Shown: one piece after another, positions 44,168-52,712 of the stretch
Position numbering within the stretch: position 1 is the first letter of the stretch
Layout of the letters: every line of letters begins with the position of its first letter
Origin: Patescibacteria group bacterium
Lineage (GTDB): Bacteria > Patescibacteriota > Patescibacteriia > Patescibacteriales > UBA12075
Direction: 5' to 3'
Length of the DNA: 64,000 nt
Assembly (NCBI GenBank): GCA_018897195.1
Contig: JAHILH010000001.1
Location: 220,565-284,564 of the forward strand
Program-made: the position numbers and the translations under genes
Notes under the pieces: generated by a model
What the model saw: the letters and a program-made list of their open reading frames with translations, nothing else
The model's database searches: none
Told to the model about the DNA's origin: nothing

Positions 44168-44893
44168 TTAAATAACCATCCCATACTGCAATTTCTCTTT
44201 TGCCAAAATTTGCGCCTCGAGCAAACTATCAAAAGTCCCGGCATCAAGCCAAGCGCCATTCACTATGGCTGTTTCCAATTCACCTAATTGCAGATAATAA
44301 TTATGCAAATCAGTAATCTCAATCTCGCCACGATGACTTGGTTTTACATTTTTTGCTGCTTCTATAACACGGTTATCATATATATATAGTCCGGTAATCG
44401 CGTAATCACTCTTTGGTTTTTCAGGCTTTTCTTCAATGGAAATGGCTTTCATGTTTTCGTCAAATTCAACTACACCAAAACGCTTGGAATCATCAACTTT
44501 TTTAGCAAAAATTTTACCCCCCTTTTTAAAATTTCTTATGTCATTGCTAAAATCATCTTCAAAAATATTATCTCCCAAAATCATCGTTACATCATCATTC
44601 CCAATAAACTTCTCACCAATTATAAAAGCATCAGCTAGACCACGAGGACTATCCTGCACTTCATAGGTAAAATCGACTCCGAATTCACGGCCACTGCCCA
44701 GTAAATTCAAAAAGTTACCAGCTCGCTCTGGCGCAATGATAATCATAATCTCCGTAATTCCAGCCTTAATCAAGGTGTTTAACGGATAATAAATCATCGG
44801 CTTATTATAAACCGGCAATAACTGTTTTGAGGTAATTTTCGTACACGGTCTTAATCGTGTTGCATTCCCTCCTGCAAGTATAATTCCTTTCAT
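44168..44893 (-). CDS. rfbA: Glucose-1-phosphate thymidylyltransferase (short form)
   Basis: MKGIILAGGNATRLRPCTKITSKQLLPVYNKPMIYYPL. The track ORF extends to 44914, but the start at 44893 is preferred. Confidence 0.85.
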   Translation of the reverse strand: MKGIILAGGNATRLRPCTKITSKQLLPVYNKPMIYYPLNTLIKAGITEIMIIIAPERAGNFLNLLGSGREFGVDFTYEVQDSPRGLADAFIIGEKFIGNDDVTMILGDNIFEDDFSNDIRNFKKGGKIFAKKVDDSKRFGVVEFDENMKAISIEEKPEKPKSDYAITGLYIYDNRVIEAAKNVKPSHRGEIEITDLHNYYLQLGELETAIVNGAWLDAGTFDSLLEAQILAKEKLQYGMVI

Positions 44894-44945
44894 AGTTTTT
44901 CCTCGCCACACCATAGCTTTTTAGCGACGGCGGGTATTTTAAATA

Positions 44946-45806
44946 TTATAATTGACTTAAATATTCTTTTAGCGCATCTTGATAGCTGCGCATTTTTTCG
45001 AATTTTGTATTTACTAAAACTGAACAAGTCGGTCGTTTCGCTGGTCTAGGAAATTTATCAGACGTCACGGCGTTAACCCGAATATTAATATCTGCCATTT
45101 TATACAATTCCAAAACTGACTCATACCAAGTACAAGCGCCTTCATTTACAAAATGATAAATGCCGAAGGTACTGTCACTTTCCAAAAGCTTTTTTGTCCA
45201 CAAGGCTAAATCTGGAGAATAAGTAAAGCAACTCCTTTCTTCATTCACCACGTCAATCGATTCTCTTTCTCGGCCCAATTTCAACATCACATCAAAAAAA
45301 CTCGGTTTCGCTACCTCGCTCTCACCCTTTGGTCCAAATAATTTTGAAAGTCTAACAATGAAATATTTCAAACCCTGATCGGAAAACCGAAGAACGTTTT
45401 TTTCACCAGCCAATTTCGTTTCACCATATTTATTTATCGGATTAGTCTGTGCATCTTCCCTAAACTCTTCAGTCACCTCACCATTAAAAACATAATCACT
45501 AGAATAATGAATCAAGGTTGCGCCGACCTCCAGAGCCGCCTCAGCCAAAAAACCTGGCGCATCGCCATTAATAGTCTGTGCTGCTTGCAGCTCTGCTTCA
45601 TCTGCTTCACATTTATCAACTGCATTATAGGCCGCGGCATTAATTATTACATTCGGCTCCAAGTCTGTAATTTTTTTCATAACTTGCTCCCGATTCGCAA
45701 TATCAATCTCATCACGATCCCAAGAATATACATCATACTTTGCAAAAACTTTTTTCAATTGCCCGCCCAAATTACCCTGAGCACCAACTAGTAATATTTT
45801 ATTCAT
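44946..45806 (-). CDS. rfbD: dTDP-4-dehydrorhamnose reductase
   Basis: 286 aa with the GAQGNLG Rossmann motif, YSSDYVF and a YGETKLAGE catalytic YxxxK. Confidence 0.85.
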   Translation of the reverse strand: MNKILLVGAQGNLGGQLKKVFAKYDVYSWDRDEIDIANREQVMKKITDLEPNVIINAAAYNAVDKCEADEAELQAAQTINGDAPGFLAEAALEVGATLIHYSSDYVFNGEVTEEFREDAQTNPINKYGETKLAGEKNVLRFSDQGLKYFIVRLSKLFGPKGESEVAKPSFFDVMLKLGRERESIDVVNEERSCFTYSPDLALWTKKLLESDSTFGIYHFVNEGACTWYESVLELYKMADINIRVNAVTSDKFPRPAKRPTCSVLVNTKFEKMRSYQDALKEYLSQL

Positions 45807-46512
45807 ATTGTTTTATTAAATTAATAATATAATCTCTTGCCAATATTTGCTCTTTAAAAGAATTTTCCAACTCAATACTAATTAAGTCTGGTAAATATTT
45901 AAAATATTTTTTTAAATAATCAAACTCATTTAATTTTTCAAACTTATGCCAACCAAAAACTCTTACCTCTTCACCGTTTAAATAATTTGTTAATATATCT
46001 GGATAATCCCTAATGGCGGAGATATGGCAACACCCGATTTTTCTTGATTTCAAAATTTCTGGAAATTGATCATAGCTCCTAGATTCCTGAATAACACCGT
46101 AATCTTCCCAGTGTGAAAAATCAGGACATACGCCGGCAAACAGATTAAGGGCATTCCTAAAATCATCGTCAATATGATAATGATTTTCAATATAGATCAT
46201 GTCGACGTATTTACTGTTTTTGTAATAATCAGCCACGGCTTTATGGGAATGAATATTAAAAACTTGCGTTTTATATCTTTCAACGAAATAATCAAGCTCC
46301 CACTGCTCCATATCGTCACGTAGATGAACGTGTGGAATATTTTCCAGATTTGTTCCTTCTAATAACTGATACAACTCCTTTCGTTCTTCAGGTTTTAAAA
46401 ATGTCGGGAACAAAGCTAACTCTTTTATTCCCAAATCATCTATTTTTCGAATTTTTTCTCGCCAATCAGACCCAGGCGTCGTAGTTAATCCAAATAATAT
46501 TTTTTTACTCAT
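45799..46512 (-). CDS. Hypothetical protein embedded in the rfb operon (possibly a TIM-barrel sugar isomerase/epimerase-like fold)
   Basis: 237 aa. There are 2 nt between the rfbB stop and its start, and it overlaps the rfbD start by 8 nt. Rich in conserved-looking His/Asp/Glu. The fold guess is weak. Confidence 0.4.
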   Translation of the reverse strand: MSKKILFGLTTTPGSDWREKIRKIDDLGIKELALFPTFLKPEERKELYQLLEGTNLENIPHVHLRDDMEQWELDYFVERYKTQVFNIHSHKAVADYYKNSKYVDMIYIENHYHIDDDFRNALNLFAGVCPDFSHWEDYGVIQESRSYDQFPEILKSRKIGCCHISAIRDYPDILTNYLNGEEVRVFGWHKFEKLNEFDYLKKYFKYLPDLISIELENSFKEQILARDYIINLIKQYE

Positions 46513-46514
46513 TT

Positions 46515-47486
46515 TTAATTCTTATTTTTTAATTTCTTCCACCAATTTTCAGCACCTTTGTACCACTCAACCGTCTTACGTAAACCTTCTTCAAAGTCAA
46601 TCAACGGCTCCCAGCCTAATTCTTTTTTTGCTTTAGAAAAATTAATTGCATAGCGTAAATCATGGCCCTTGCGATCAGTCACATACTCAATCATGTCATG
46701 CTCATGGCCCATAATATCCAATATTTTTTTAGTAATATCAATATTTGCAATTTCACCATCACCGCCGAGGCAATAAGTCTCACCAATACGACCTTTTTTA
46801 ATAATCGCCTCCACGCCGGCATTATGATCATCAACATGAATCCAATCGCGAACATTTTTACCTTCACCATAAACAGTTACTTTCTTGCCCTCAATTAAAT
46901 TTGTTACGAATAAGGGGATTAATTTTTCCGGATATTGATATGGTCCGTAATTATTAGAACAATTAGAAATTGTAATAGGCAATTTGTGAGTATGGTAATA
47001 AGCGCGCACTAAGTGATCAGAGGACGCTTTTGATGAGCTATAAGGACTGCGCGGATCATATGGTGTATTTTCATGGAAAGGCTCATCGTCCATGCTCAAA
47101 GCACCAAAAACTTCATCAGTGGAAATATGATGGAAACGTATATTTCCGTTATTTTTTGCCGCCTCTAACAAAACATGCGTACCGAGAACATTGGTGCGAA
47201 TAAAATCAGCACTATTCTCAATGGAACGATCCACGTGAGACTCAGCTGCAAAGTGTACAATCACATCAACGTCCACAACTAATTTATTAACTAAATCCGC
47301 GTCGCAGATATCACCCTGCACAAAATCATAGCGCGGATTATTTTCCAAATCGCGCAAGTTTTCAATGTTGCCGGCATATGTCAATAAATCAAGATTAACA
47401 ATACTGTCTTCTGGATTATTGTTTAACCAATACCTGATAAAATTTGAACCAATAAAGCCGGCTCCGCCAGTTACTAAAATTTTCAT
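46515..47486 (-). CDS. rfbB: dTDP-glucose 4,6-dehydratase
   Basis: 323 aa with MKILVTGGAGFIGSNF, STDEVFG and YSSSKASSDHL (YxxxK). Confidence 0.9.
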   Translation of the reverse strand: MKILVTGGAGFIGSNFIRYWLNNNPEDSIVNLDLLTYAGNIENLRDLENNPRYDFVQGDICDADLVNKLVVDVDVIVHFAAESHVDRSIENSADFIRTNVLGTHVLLEAAKNNGNIRFHHISTDEVFGALSMDDEPFHENTPYDPRSPYSSSKASSDHLVRAYYHTHKLPITISNCSNNYGPYQYPEKLIPLFVTNLIEGKKVTVYGEGKNVRDWIHVDDHNAGVEAIIKKGRIGETYCLGGDGEIANIDITKKILDIMGHEHDMIEYVTDRKGHDLRYAINFSKAKKELGWEPLIDFEEGLRKTVEWYKGAENWWKKLKNKN

Positions 47487-47531
47487 ATAAGAATAATTAT
47501 ATATATTTTAACTAAATATTAATGACCCAAG

Positions 47532-49979
47532 CTACAGCTTCACGCCTGAATAAGCAATCGCTCTAACAAGATTCCAATCCATCATGGAAGATGGGTTATA
47601 TTTATAAATTTTTTGAAATTTTTTCAACGCTACTTTTTCGTAGCTCATGTTTCGATGACGCACTCGTAAGCCGTAGGCAATCAAGTTCAAGGCAGCCTGG
47701 TCCTTCTTGTTGGCAATCACCGCCTTACGTTTATATATCTTTACAAAAGACTGTCGCGCATTATCCAGTGCAACTTTACTTACCGCCTCCGGCAATTCGC
47801 CATTCGTCATATTAAAGACATCAAACCATTCTGATTTAGTCACCGGAAACTTACCATAAACCTGCCAATAGGTTTCAATCACGCTCATTCTCTCGCCAGC
47901 TCCCACATTACTCACCCACTCCGAGCCAGTGCGAATAAAACTCGTAATTAAATCCTGGGAGAATTTATTAATATTTTTGCCGGCAAAAAGTTTTATAATT
48001 TTCTTATCAGGCGTGCTTGTGCTATTACTAACAAAAGTTATTCCCAAAATCTTATCACTCCGCAACACAAGATCTTTTTCCAGATCAAGATCGCCCTCAC
48101 CGCCAACTTCACCTTTCTCAATATTCAAACCCTTAACTTCTTCCTGAATAATCAGTGGGATAATTACAGGCGGCACAATAAACACCGGTACACTTGAGGG
48201 GGGAATATAACCTGATGATGACGTAATTTTCTTAAGCACAGTGTCTGACACAGCCACACCCTCGTAACCAGCCTCAGTAATTAAATTAAATGTCAAAGTC
48301 AGCGTGCCATCACTCAGCTTAGAAACATCGAGACCGGAGACAACACTGGTGGCCGTCGCCACAAGACCATTTCCACTAATCGCCGGGGTCTTAACATTAC
48401 CATCATCAACTGTGTAGTAGTAAGTCGCTCCAAGCTCAACGGCCACATAGGTAAAAGAGAGGCTCTTTTGATTACTACGATCAATTAAAGATTGGTCAAT
48501 ATCAGCGCTGTAGCCGAATGGAGTTTTTGTATCAATCCTAAATAACGATGATGACGCAAATAGCGCATCGTTGCCCGCAATATCAGTAAGAACAGAGTCT
48601 AATACGACGTAATAATCTTCGTCAATTCCATTATCGATACCATTGCCATCGACTCCATAATATCTGAAATTCATAACATAGGAACTATTATTATCAATCC
48701 AACCAAAATTCAAAAGCTCCCAATCCTGACTGTCACTAAATTCGCCTATTTGGCTATCATTATCTACAAACATTTCTTCACCAAAATCAACCGTTACCGT
48801 TTGGAGTAGATCACCTCTATGAATAAGATAATTATCAATAGAAATCGCAGCTAGTGGCGCTTTTGTATCAATATTTAGGTAGCCTATCGTGCTTGTGCTT
48901 TCTGGGTTACCTACCAAATCGATTGCCCCGGTACTTTTTATAACCACCCCAATCTGCTCCTCATCCACATCTACCAATCTAAACGATTGCATCCAAACAT
49001 CATTAGCATTATCATCTGTGCCCCAATGTCCATTAGATGTTGTTGAAATAAAACTAGTTGTCGGACCAAAAGAAATAACTGGATCAACACCAGTATCCAT
49101 TATCTCATTATAAGTAACCGTAACATCAAAAGTAGGAATCTGTTCCGTAACTGTGCCGTTTGTTACATTAGCATGCCCAACTGGATTTGTCGTATCCTTA
49201 ATTATCTCCGAAGTTGTGGATATCTTAGTGTTTCCATATTCATCCTCAGCCCGAACATAAAATGTAAACGCATTAATGCCACTAGTTGCCGTATCTGGAA
49301 GATTAACAAATCCGATAATATCACCAATTGTGGTCACACCACTTTCGCAAGTAGACCAATCATTTCCATTAATTCTGCACTCGATATTAACGACGTTTAA
49401 ATCACTAGCATGCGGATCAAATTCTATCACGCGGTTAGCGTTGACAACATCTCCAGACGCTGGTGCAGAAATGCTTATATCTGGGCCAATGGTATCAATA
49501 AATAAATAAAGAATATCACTTTGCGCTCCATCTACCCACACTGGGTCAATTTCCGTCCCCTCGTTATGCCAGATTAAATAAGTCAACGATGATGTTCCAT
49601 CGGTTAGTTGTCCATGATTTAATGTAAAATCATATTGTTTGGCAGTATCTTCAGTATTTAAAGTTATCGCCTGATGCCCAGCGAAAGTGCTTTCATCACA
49701 GCCTACATCTATATCACAAATTTGTCCTTCATCGCTATACAATTCAAGAACATCCCCCGCACTACTACTAGCCAAAGTAACAGACACTAAAAATCCAGCC
49801 TTCTCTTCCAGATAATTCACGGCAAAATCATCATAAAAATCACCAACAACAGTTGGCGCATTTGAACTTTCTGCTAAAACTACTAAATTATTAAACGGTA
49901 ACGCTAATAGAGAAATAACTACTAAAATAAAAATCACGCTTTGGGATTTCTTAAAAAATTTTTTCATACACGAATACAA
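47532..49979 (-). CDS. Large surface protein with repeated Ig-like modules, a hydrophobic Pro-rich segment and a ~200-aa C-terminal domain
   Basis: The likely start is MKKFF at 49967, with a signal peptide. Recurrent DT(x)xP module boundaries (IDTIGPD, KDTTNPV, IDTKAPL, IDTKTPF). Hydrophobic segment VPVFIVPPVIIPLII. Confidence 0.55.
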   Translation of the reverse strand: MYSCMKKFFKKSQSVIFILVVISLLALPFNNLVVLAESSNAPTVVGDFYDDFAVNYLEEKAGFLVSVTLASSSAGDVLELYSDEGQICDIDVGCDESTFAGHQAITLNTEDTAKQYDFTLNHGQLTDGTSSLTYLIWHNEGTEIDPVWVDGAQSDILYLFIDTIGPDISISAPASGDVVNANRVIEFDPHASDLNVVNIECRINGNDWSTCESGVTTIGDIIGFVNLPDTATSGINAFTFYVRAEDEYGNTKISTTSEIIKDTTNPVGHANVTNGTVTEQIPTFDVTVTYNEIMDTGVDPVISFGPTTSFISTTSNGHWGTDDNANDVWMQSFRLVDVDEEQIGVVIKSTGAIDLVGNPESTSTIGYLNIDTKAPLAAISIDNYLIHRGDLLQTVTVDFGEEMFVDNDSQIGEFSDSQDWELLNFGWIDNNSSYVMNFRYYGVDGNGIDNGIDEDYYVVLDSVLTDIAGNDALFASSSLFRIDTKTPFGYSADIDQSLIDRSNQKSLSFTYVAVELGATYYYTVDDGNVKTPAISGNGLVATATSVVSGLDVSKLSDGTLTLTFNLITEAGYEGVAVSDTVLKKITSSSGYIPPSSVPVFIVPPVIIPLIIQEEVKGLNIEKGEVGGEGDLDLEKDLVLRSDKILGITFVSNSTSTPDKKIIKLFAGKNINKFSQDLITSFIRTGSEWVSNVGAGERMSVIETYWQVYGKFPVTKSEWFDVFNMTNGELPEAVSKVALDNARQSFVKIYKRKAVIANKKDQAALNLIAYGLRVRHRNMSYEKVALKKFQKIYKYNPSSMMDWNLVRAIAYSGVKL

Positions 49980-50039
49980 TATTTATTAAAAATTTCAGAA
50001 TCTTTTAAGTTTTGTTTTTAGAAAAAATTTTTATTTTAT

Positions 50040-50438
50040 TTATTTGATTTTTATTTTATTCAAGACTTCTTGGATCTCATCATCACCATATCGTCCACCA
50101 CTCCACAAAAGCAATCCATCATTTTCCAATCTTGGAATAATATGAAAATGAAGATGGGAGACAACTTGACCAGCAACCGGATCATTGTTCTCTTGTATAT
50201 TATAACCAGTGATATTGAAATTTTCTTTCAAGCTCTGACCGATTTTTTTTACTACAGTTATAACACGACAAAGATCGTCATTGGTCACCTCCTCCATATT
50301 CGCATAATGATTTTTGGGGATGACTAAAACATGTCCATAATTAACGGGGGCGACATCCAAAAAGGCTAAGACAAAATCATCTTCATAGACTTTGTACGAC
50401 GGGATTTCACTTGAGACAATTTTACAAAAAATACACAT
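50040..50438 (-). CDS. HIT-family (histidine triad) protein, paralog 1
   Basis: 132 aa with N-terminal CIFCKI and the HLHFHIIP triad. Confidence 0.9.
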   Translation of the reverse strand: MCIFCKIVSSEIPSYKVYEDDFVLAFLDVAPVNYGHVLVIPKNHYANMEEVTNDDLCRVITVVKKIGQSLKENFNITGYNIQENNDPVAGQVVSHLHFHIIPRLENDGLLLWSGGRYGDDEIQEVLNKIKIK

Positions 50439-50470
50439 ACATTTTGTAGACGCTAGTGATTAAACCACTG

Positions 50471-50516
50471 GACAACTAAAATTATTTAATAATGTTATTC
50501 GATAATTTTAGTTGTC
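50471..50516. repeat. Perfect 15-bp inverted repeat between the two HIT genes
   Basis: gacaactaaaattat (50471-50485) is the exact reverse complement of ataattttagttgtc (50502-50516), with a 16-nt loop. No T-run follows on the minus strand. Confidence 0.75.
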
Positions 50517-50543
50517 GAGCCGCCAAGATACCTAGTTGTCTTA

Positions 50544-50951
50544 TTATGCTAAATTTGCCTTTATTTTACTCAAACAAGCCTCTGCTTCTTTTTCACCATA
50601 TCCGCTTGAAGGCCATCTTTCTAATCCATCACCCTCATCTCTTGGTACTAAATGAAAATGCACATGAGGCACGTGTTGGTTTGCAGCACTCTTATTATCC
50701 AAAAACACACTATAACCCTTCACGCCCAAGCCAGCCAAAATCGCCTTACCAACCTTCTTCACAACAATAGCCATCGCCGCCATATCTTCATCAGTTAAAT
50801 CTTCAACATCGGAAACATGATTTTTTGGTGCGATAATTGTATGCCCAGGACTAATCGGCAATATGTCAAAAAAGGCCACCACCTTATCATCTTCATAAAC
50901 TTTATAACCAGGAATATCCTCGTTAACGATTTTGCAAAAAATACAATCCAT
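50544..50951 (-). CDS. HIT-family (histidine triad) protein, paralog 2
   Basis: 135 aa with N-terminal CIFCKI and the HVHFHLVP triad. Confidence 0.9.
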   Translation of the reverse strand: MDCIFCKIVNEDIPGYKVYEDDKVVAFFDILPISPGHTIIAPKNHVSDVEDLTDEDMAAMAIVVKKVGKAILAGLGVKGYSVFLDNKSAANQHVPHVHFHLVPRDEGDGLERWPSSGYGEKEAEACLSKIKANLA

Positions 50952-51026
50952 TTTTTTTAATATGAATTATTAATTACCCTCCCTAGGTGGAAAATTACTA
51001 ATTCACAGTAATTAAATTATTTTAAA

Positions 51027-51476
51027 TTAAATCTTATATGGTGACTCCCCATCTGTCTCCCAACGAATCTCATCAACCTCGGCGTCTTGCTTTTGGATTC
51101 CTTTATACAGTCTATCTGGAAGATTTATAGAATAAGCGTCAGTCTCAGAAATGCACTTATAACCATGCACTACTCCCGGTGGCACAATCACCATTGTTGG
51201 ATTATTTTCACCGACTTCCATTTTGATATGCTCACCCTTGGTTGTGGATTCCTCACGGCGATCCCAGAGATACAAATCATAACTTCCAGGCCCAACAAAG
51301 ACAAAACAATCAGATTGATAACGATGTTCGTGGGGACCACGCGCCACGCCTGGTTTAGTTACGCTGATATACGCCATAGCCGGATTGTAATCAGCCTCGT
51401 CATGACGATAAAACTCCGCCAACCACCCGCGAGCGTCTTCATATTTATTAATCTTCTTAATAACTACTCCGTTCAT
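51027..51476 (-). CDS. Cupin-fold dTDP-4-dehydrorhamnose 3,5-epimerase-like protein (short)
   Basis: 149 aa with EDARGWLAEFYR, ARGPHEH and PPGVVHGY, which are RmlC-like motifs. Shorter than canonical RfbC. Confidence 0.6.
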   Translation of the reverse strand: MNGVVIKKINKYEDARGWLAEFYRHDEADYNPAMAYISVTKPGVARGPHEHRYQSDCFVFVGPGSYDLYLWDRREESTTKGEHIKMEVGENNPTMVIVPPGVVHGYKCISETDAYSINLPDRLYKGIQKQDAEVDEIRWETDGESPYKI

Positions 51477-51480
51477 AATT

Positions 51481-52503
51481 TTATTTACCTAACTCCTTAA
51501 ACGTCGGCATGCCAGTTGTTGGACTGGTTGGCACATAAATTGTGCCTTGGCGATCCTTTAGGGTATTAATATATTGATAATACAAATAATTAGTGGTTAA
51601 ACTCTCATTGATAATCTTTTGTGCATCACGTTGACCTTCAGCTTCGATTATTTTTCGCTCCTTTTCTTTCTTTTCTGTTTGCAACAAGAAATCATATTTC
51701 TGAGTGCTTTGTTCGGCTTGTAATTTTTCCTGAATTGATTTAGCTAGATTCTCAGGTAAACGCACATCACGCAAAAGCATATCTTCCAAGACAATTCCTC
51801 TTGTGTCTAATTCCGTCTGAACTTGATCTTTAATCTTTTGTGCTGCCTCCTCTCTCTTGCTTGAATACATTTCCTTGGCCTCGTAACCGGCTACAATATT
51901 TCGAATTGCCGTACGGATAATTGGGCGGATAATTTTTTCATTATAGTTTATCCCTAATTCTCTATAAACATCTGATGCCTTACTCTCGTCAAGATGATAA
52001 AGAGCGGTCAAATCCAATCCGACGCTCAAACCTTCTTTAGTCAAAGCAGTAATTGAATCATCACCCATTTTATTACCCTCACCTGAAACAATACTCATGG
52101 TATACTCTTCAGTTCGAATGCTCATTTTCTCAACACGTGCCAGCGGAATCACCAAATGAAAACCTGATTTTAATTCATTGTCACGCACCTTGCCAAACAA
52201 GGAATAAACACCAGTCTCGCCCGCATCAACCACCACGATTGAAGCAAAGAAAAGCCAAAGGCCAAAAATGGCAATTATTCCAGTCACTACACCTCTTTTT
52301 ACATTGTCCATATTTTTAAGTTTATCCATGTCGATTGCACCAGACATGGGATTATTTAATTTTTTTCTTGAAATGAGATAATTTATACCAAAAATGACTC
52401 CAGCGACAACCAACAAAAAAATCCCAAATTTACCAAAAATTGGGAAAATAAAAAACATTAAAAACAACAAAAATGGTAAATTTTTCAATAAATCTTTATT
52501 CAT
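51481..52503 (-). CDS. SPFH/Band-7 (prohibitin/HflC-like) membrane protein
   Basis: 340 aa with N-terminal TM helices and an SPFH core (GETGVYSLFGKV...ITALTKEGLSVGLDLTALYHL...), followed by a coiled coil. Confidence 0.8.
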   Translation of the reverse strand: MNKDLLKNLPFLLFLMFFIFPIFGKFGIFLLVVAGVIFGINYLISRKKLNNPMSGAIDMDKLKNMDNVKRGVVTGIIAIFGLWLFFASIVVVDAGETGVYSLFGKVRDNELKSGFHLVIPLARVEKMSIRTEEYTMSIVSGEGNKMGDDSITALTKEGLSVGLDLTALYHLDESKASDVYRELGINYNEKIIRPIIRTAIRNIVAGYEAKEMYSSKREEAAQKIKDQVQTELDTRGIVLEDMLLRDVRLPENLAKSIQEKLQAEQSTQKYDFLLQTEKKEKERKIIEAEGQRDAQKIINESLTTNYLYYQYINTLKDRQGTIYVPTSPTTGMPTFKELGK

Positions 52504-52506
52504 ATA

Positions 52507-52710
52507 TTATATCTGCTTCTTCTTGGGAAGCATCAATAATATAATAGCAATAATCATCCAAAGAATCAACACTTTAGAGATGTTAATATATGCCAAGACC
52601 ACCCGTGGCCAAACCGCTTCCAAAATAGCGAAAATAAGCAAAGAAGCGGTTAAAACGTAGAATAATTCTAAAAAAATAGTTTTCGTTTTGGTATTAAGTG
52701 ATAATGTCAT
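52507..52710 (-). CDS. Small membrane protein (67 aa)
   Basis: Two hydrophobic helices. Tightly packed between flanking genes (3-nt gaps). Confidence 0.4.
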   Translation of the reverse strand: MTLSLNTKTKTIFLELFYVLTASLLIFAILEAVWPRVVLAYINISKVLILWMIIAIILLMLPKKKQI

Positions 52711-52712
52711 AA

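Noticed and set aside
50492-50770. 92-aa plus-strand ORF spanning the HIT spacer and HIT paralog 2
   Set aside because: It is antisense to a gene with a clear histidine-triad motif and has no initiation signals.
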